From Spirochaetota bacterium (lineage in GTDB: Bacteria; Spirochaetota; UBA6919; CBDBPB01): a stretch of DNA of 64,000 nucleotides. The notes under the pieces are model-generated. The model made no database searches and was not told where the DNA came from. It saw nothing but the letters and a program-made list of their open reading frames with translations. A program made the position numbers and the translations under genes. The stretch lies in assembly GCA_965208615.1 (NCBI GenBank), contig CBDBPB010000001.1, positions 224,001-288,000 of the forward strand. Direction: 5' to 3'. Shown here one piece after another: positions 62,149 to 64,000 of the stretch (position 1 is its first letter; every line of letters starts with the position of its first letter).

Positions 62149-64000
62149 TTGGCTAAAAAAGACATTTCTATAGACAATAACAAAAACTCAACTTCTATAA
62201 AGCCTTATGGCAGTAATGCACTTTTCATAATAGGCTTAGTATGGGCTATTTTCCAGCTCTTTATAGATAGGTTATTTATAATAGATGAGATTTATATTCG
62301 CTCAATACACCTTAGTTTTGCTATGACGTTTGTATTTGTGTATACTTCCGTTAATAAGCAGTCTAACTCAAGGCTAAGGCATTTTATTAACTATGCTTTA
62401 GCCTTAATTGCTGGTATAAGTGCACTATACATAACATTAGACTGGCCTGAGGTTAGCAAGAGGAGTAGTGATCCCCTAATACTAGACCTAATATCTGGTT
62501 CAGTATTAGTTTTACTTTTGTTAGAGGGCACAAGACGATCAGTAGGAGCGGCACTACCCATTATAGCCATAGTATTTTCTGTATATGCGTTTATAGCACC
62601 ATATTTACCTGGTGTTTTTAGTCATAATGGGGTTGATTTTAATAAGTATCTATCCCAGACTTCATTATCCGCAGAGGGAATTTATGGTATTCCTCTTGAT
62701 GTATCTGCATCCATAGTATATTTATTTGTATTATTCGGCTCTATTATGGATAAGAGCGGAGCAGGTAAGTTTTTTATTGACCTATCCCTATCTCTTTTGG
62801 GACGGTTTAGAGGTGGACCTGCAAAAGCGGCTGTAGTATCCAGTGGACTAACTGGTATGATATCTGGATCAAGTATAGCTAATATTGTTACCACAGGTAC
62901 TTTTACTATACCTCTCATGAAAAAGATTGGTTATCCAGCAAAGAAAGCAGCTGCAACAGAGGTAGCAGCTAGTACTGATGGTCAACTTATGCCTCCTATT
63001 ATGGGTGCTGCTGCTTTTATAATAGCTGAATATGTTAATGTGAGTTATATTGAGGTGGTAAAAGCGGCTATTATCCCTGCATTGGTATCCTATTTTGCTT
63101 TATTTTACATTACCCATTTAGAGGCTCTAAAACTTGGGATGAGAGGTTTAACAAAAGAAGACCTACGTTCTATTGTTGATGTTTTAAAAGAGGGGTTTTA
63201 TTATTTAATCCCTATTGGACTAATGGTTTATGAGCTAATCATTTTAAGGCATTCACCTCAGAATGCTGCATTTTTATCCATACTTTGTCTTATGGGTGTA
63301 ATCCTTATTAGAGAAGTAATAAAACAGTTTATAAGTGTGGGACAACTAAATATACATACTATTACTAGAGGGCTAAAAGAGGGCTTTTTAATTATTATAA
63401 GTGGTATGGTGGATGGTTCTAAAAAAATGGTACCTGTTGCATTGGCTACTGCCGCAGCTGGTATTATAGTTGGTATTGTGGGAATTGGTATTGGAACAAT
63501 TATAAACAATGTAGTTATTATGCTTTCTGCTGGGAATATTGTTTTACTTTTACTGGTTACTGCCATAGCCTGTCTTGTACTGGGTATGGGCTTACCAACT
63601 ACTGCTACTTATATTGTTATGGCGGTTATAACTGCTCCTATTATTACTGGTATTGGGGCAGACTATGGGCTATATATACCTTTAATGGCTGCTCATTTAT
63701 TTTGTTTTTATTTTGGTATTTTAGCTGATGATACTCCTCCTGTTGGTTTAGCGGCTTATACTGCTGCTGCCATTGCTCAATCTGATCCCATTAGAACCGG
63801 TATACAAGGTTTTATTTACGACCTGAGAACTGCTGTAATACCCTTTATGTTTATTTTTAACACAGAGTTAATACTTTATGGCATTAATAGTTGGCTTTCA
63901 GGTATTTTAGTTTTTGCTATGGCGGTTATAGGTTCTTTTGCTTTTACCAGTGCTCTTCAGGGATGGTATGTCACTAAAAATAAGTGGTATGAGATACCTT
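62149..64000 (+). CDS. TRAP transporter fused permease (4TM/12TM), truncated by the window edge
   Basis: Manual translation from TTG 62149: RSIHL.FA, LEG.RR..G.AL, EGIYGIPL, GGPAKAAV..SG..G.ISGSS.AN..TTGTFTIPLMK, LGMGLPTTA.YI, DDTPPVGLAA. Confidence 0.93.
   Translation, partial: MAKKDISIDNNKNSTSIKPYGSNALFIIGLVWAIFQLFIDRLFIIDEIYIRSIHLSFAMTFVFVYTSVNKQSNSRLRHFINYALALIAGISALYITLDWPEVSKRSSDPLILDLISGSVLVLLLLEGTRRSVGAALPIIAIVFSVYAFIAPYLPGVFSHNGVDFNKYLSQTSLSAEGIYGIPLDVSASIVYLFVLFGSIMDKSGAGKFFIDLSLSLLGRFRGGPAKAAVVSSGLTGMISGSSIANIVTTGTFTIPLMKKIGYPAKKAAATEVAASTDGQLMPPIMGAAAFIIAEYVNVSYIEVVKAAIIPALVSYFALFYITHLEALKLGMRGLTKEDLRSIVDVLKEGFYYLIPIGLMVYELIILRHSPQNAAFLSILCLMGVILIREVIKQFISVGQLNIHTITRGLKEGFLIIISGMVDGSKKMVPVALATAAAGIIVGIVGIGIGTIINNVVIMLSAGNIVLLLLVTAIACLVLGMGLPTTATYIVMAVITAPIITGIGADYGLYIPLMAAHLFCFYFGILADDTPPVGLAAYTAAAIAQSDPIRTGIQGFIYDLRTAVIPFMFIFNTELILYGINSWLSGILVFAMAVIGSFAFTSALQGWYVTKNKWYEIP

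Noticed and set aside
1987-63566. Many short ORFs nested within or antisense to housekeeping genes (e.g. 32615-33217, 51054-51506, 59086-59400, 62682-62918)
   Set aside because: Fully overlap well-supported genes; no motifs or RBS
1-64000. tRNA or rRNA genes
   Set aside because: No GC-rich cloverleaf or rRNA-like segment seen in any intergenic region

Overview
AT-rich bacterial chromosomal window, most likely from a spirochaete (FlaA sheath protein, spirochaete-style lipoboxes, bactofilin, two MCPs, FliN); the taxonomy is an inference. Most of it is housekeeping genes: uvrC, cobA-hemD, uvrD/pcrA, thrB, addB-like, fetAB, groES, argS, a large class A PBP, rpoZ, ssb, adk, hisG, argJ, murG, purN, aas-like, gyrA, rny and a TAXI-TRAP transporter. 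The accessory parts hold four main highlights. (1) A 66-aa gene with its own promoter and RBS encodes an apparent homologue of the archaeal/eukaryotic ribosomal protein eL13 (L13e). (2) An orphan CRISPR array (30-bp repeat ending ATTGAAAC, no cas genes in the window) is preceded, beyond its leader, by a separately promoted pseudo-repeat/32-nt spacer/pseudo-repeat unit that looks like a CreA/CreR-type crRNA-like regulatory RNA. (3) A 9-kb tandem array of 8 paralogous YGNG-repeat lipoproteins shows segments shuffled between copies; the six close copies each have their own promoter, and three members are frameshifted. (4) Also present are two families of dispersed intergenic repeats, a deletion-riddled ghost copy of uvrD, and a candidate sRNA with a C-rich terminator loop. 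All protein calls come from motif recognition by eye; no database searches were run.
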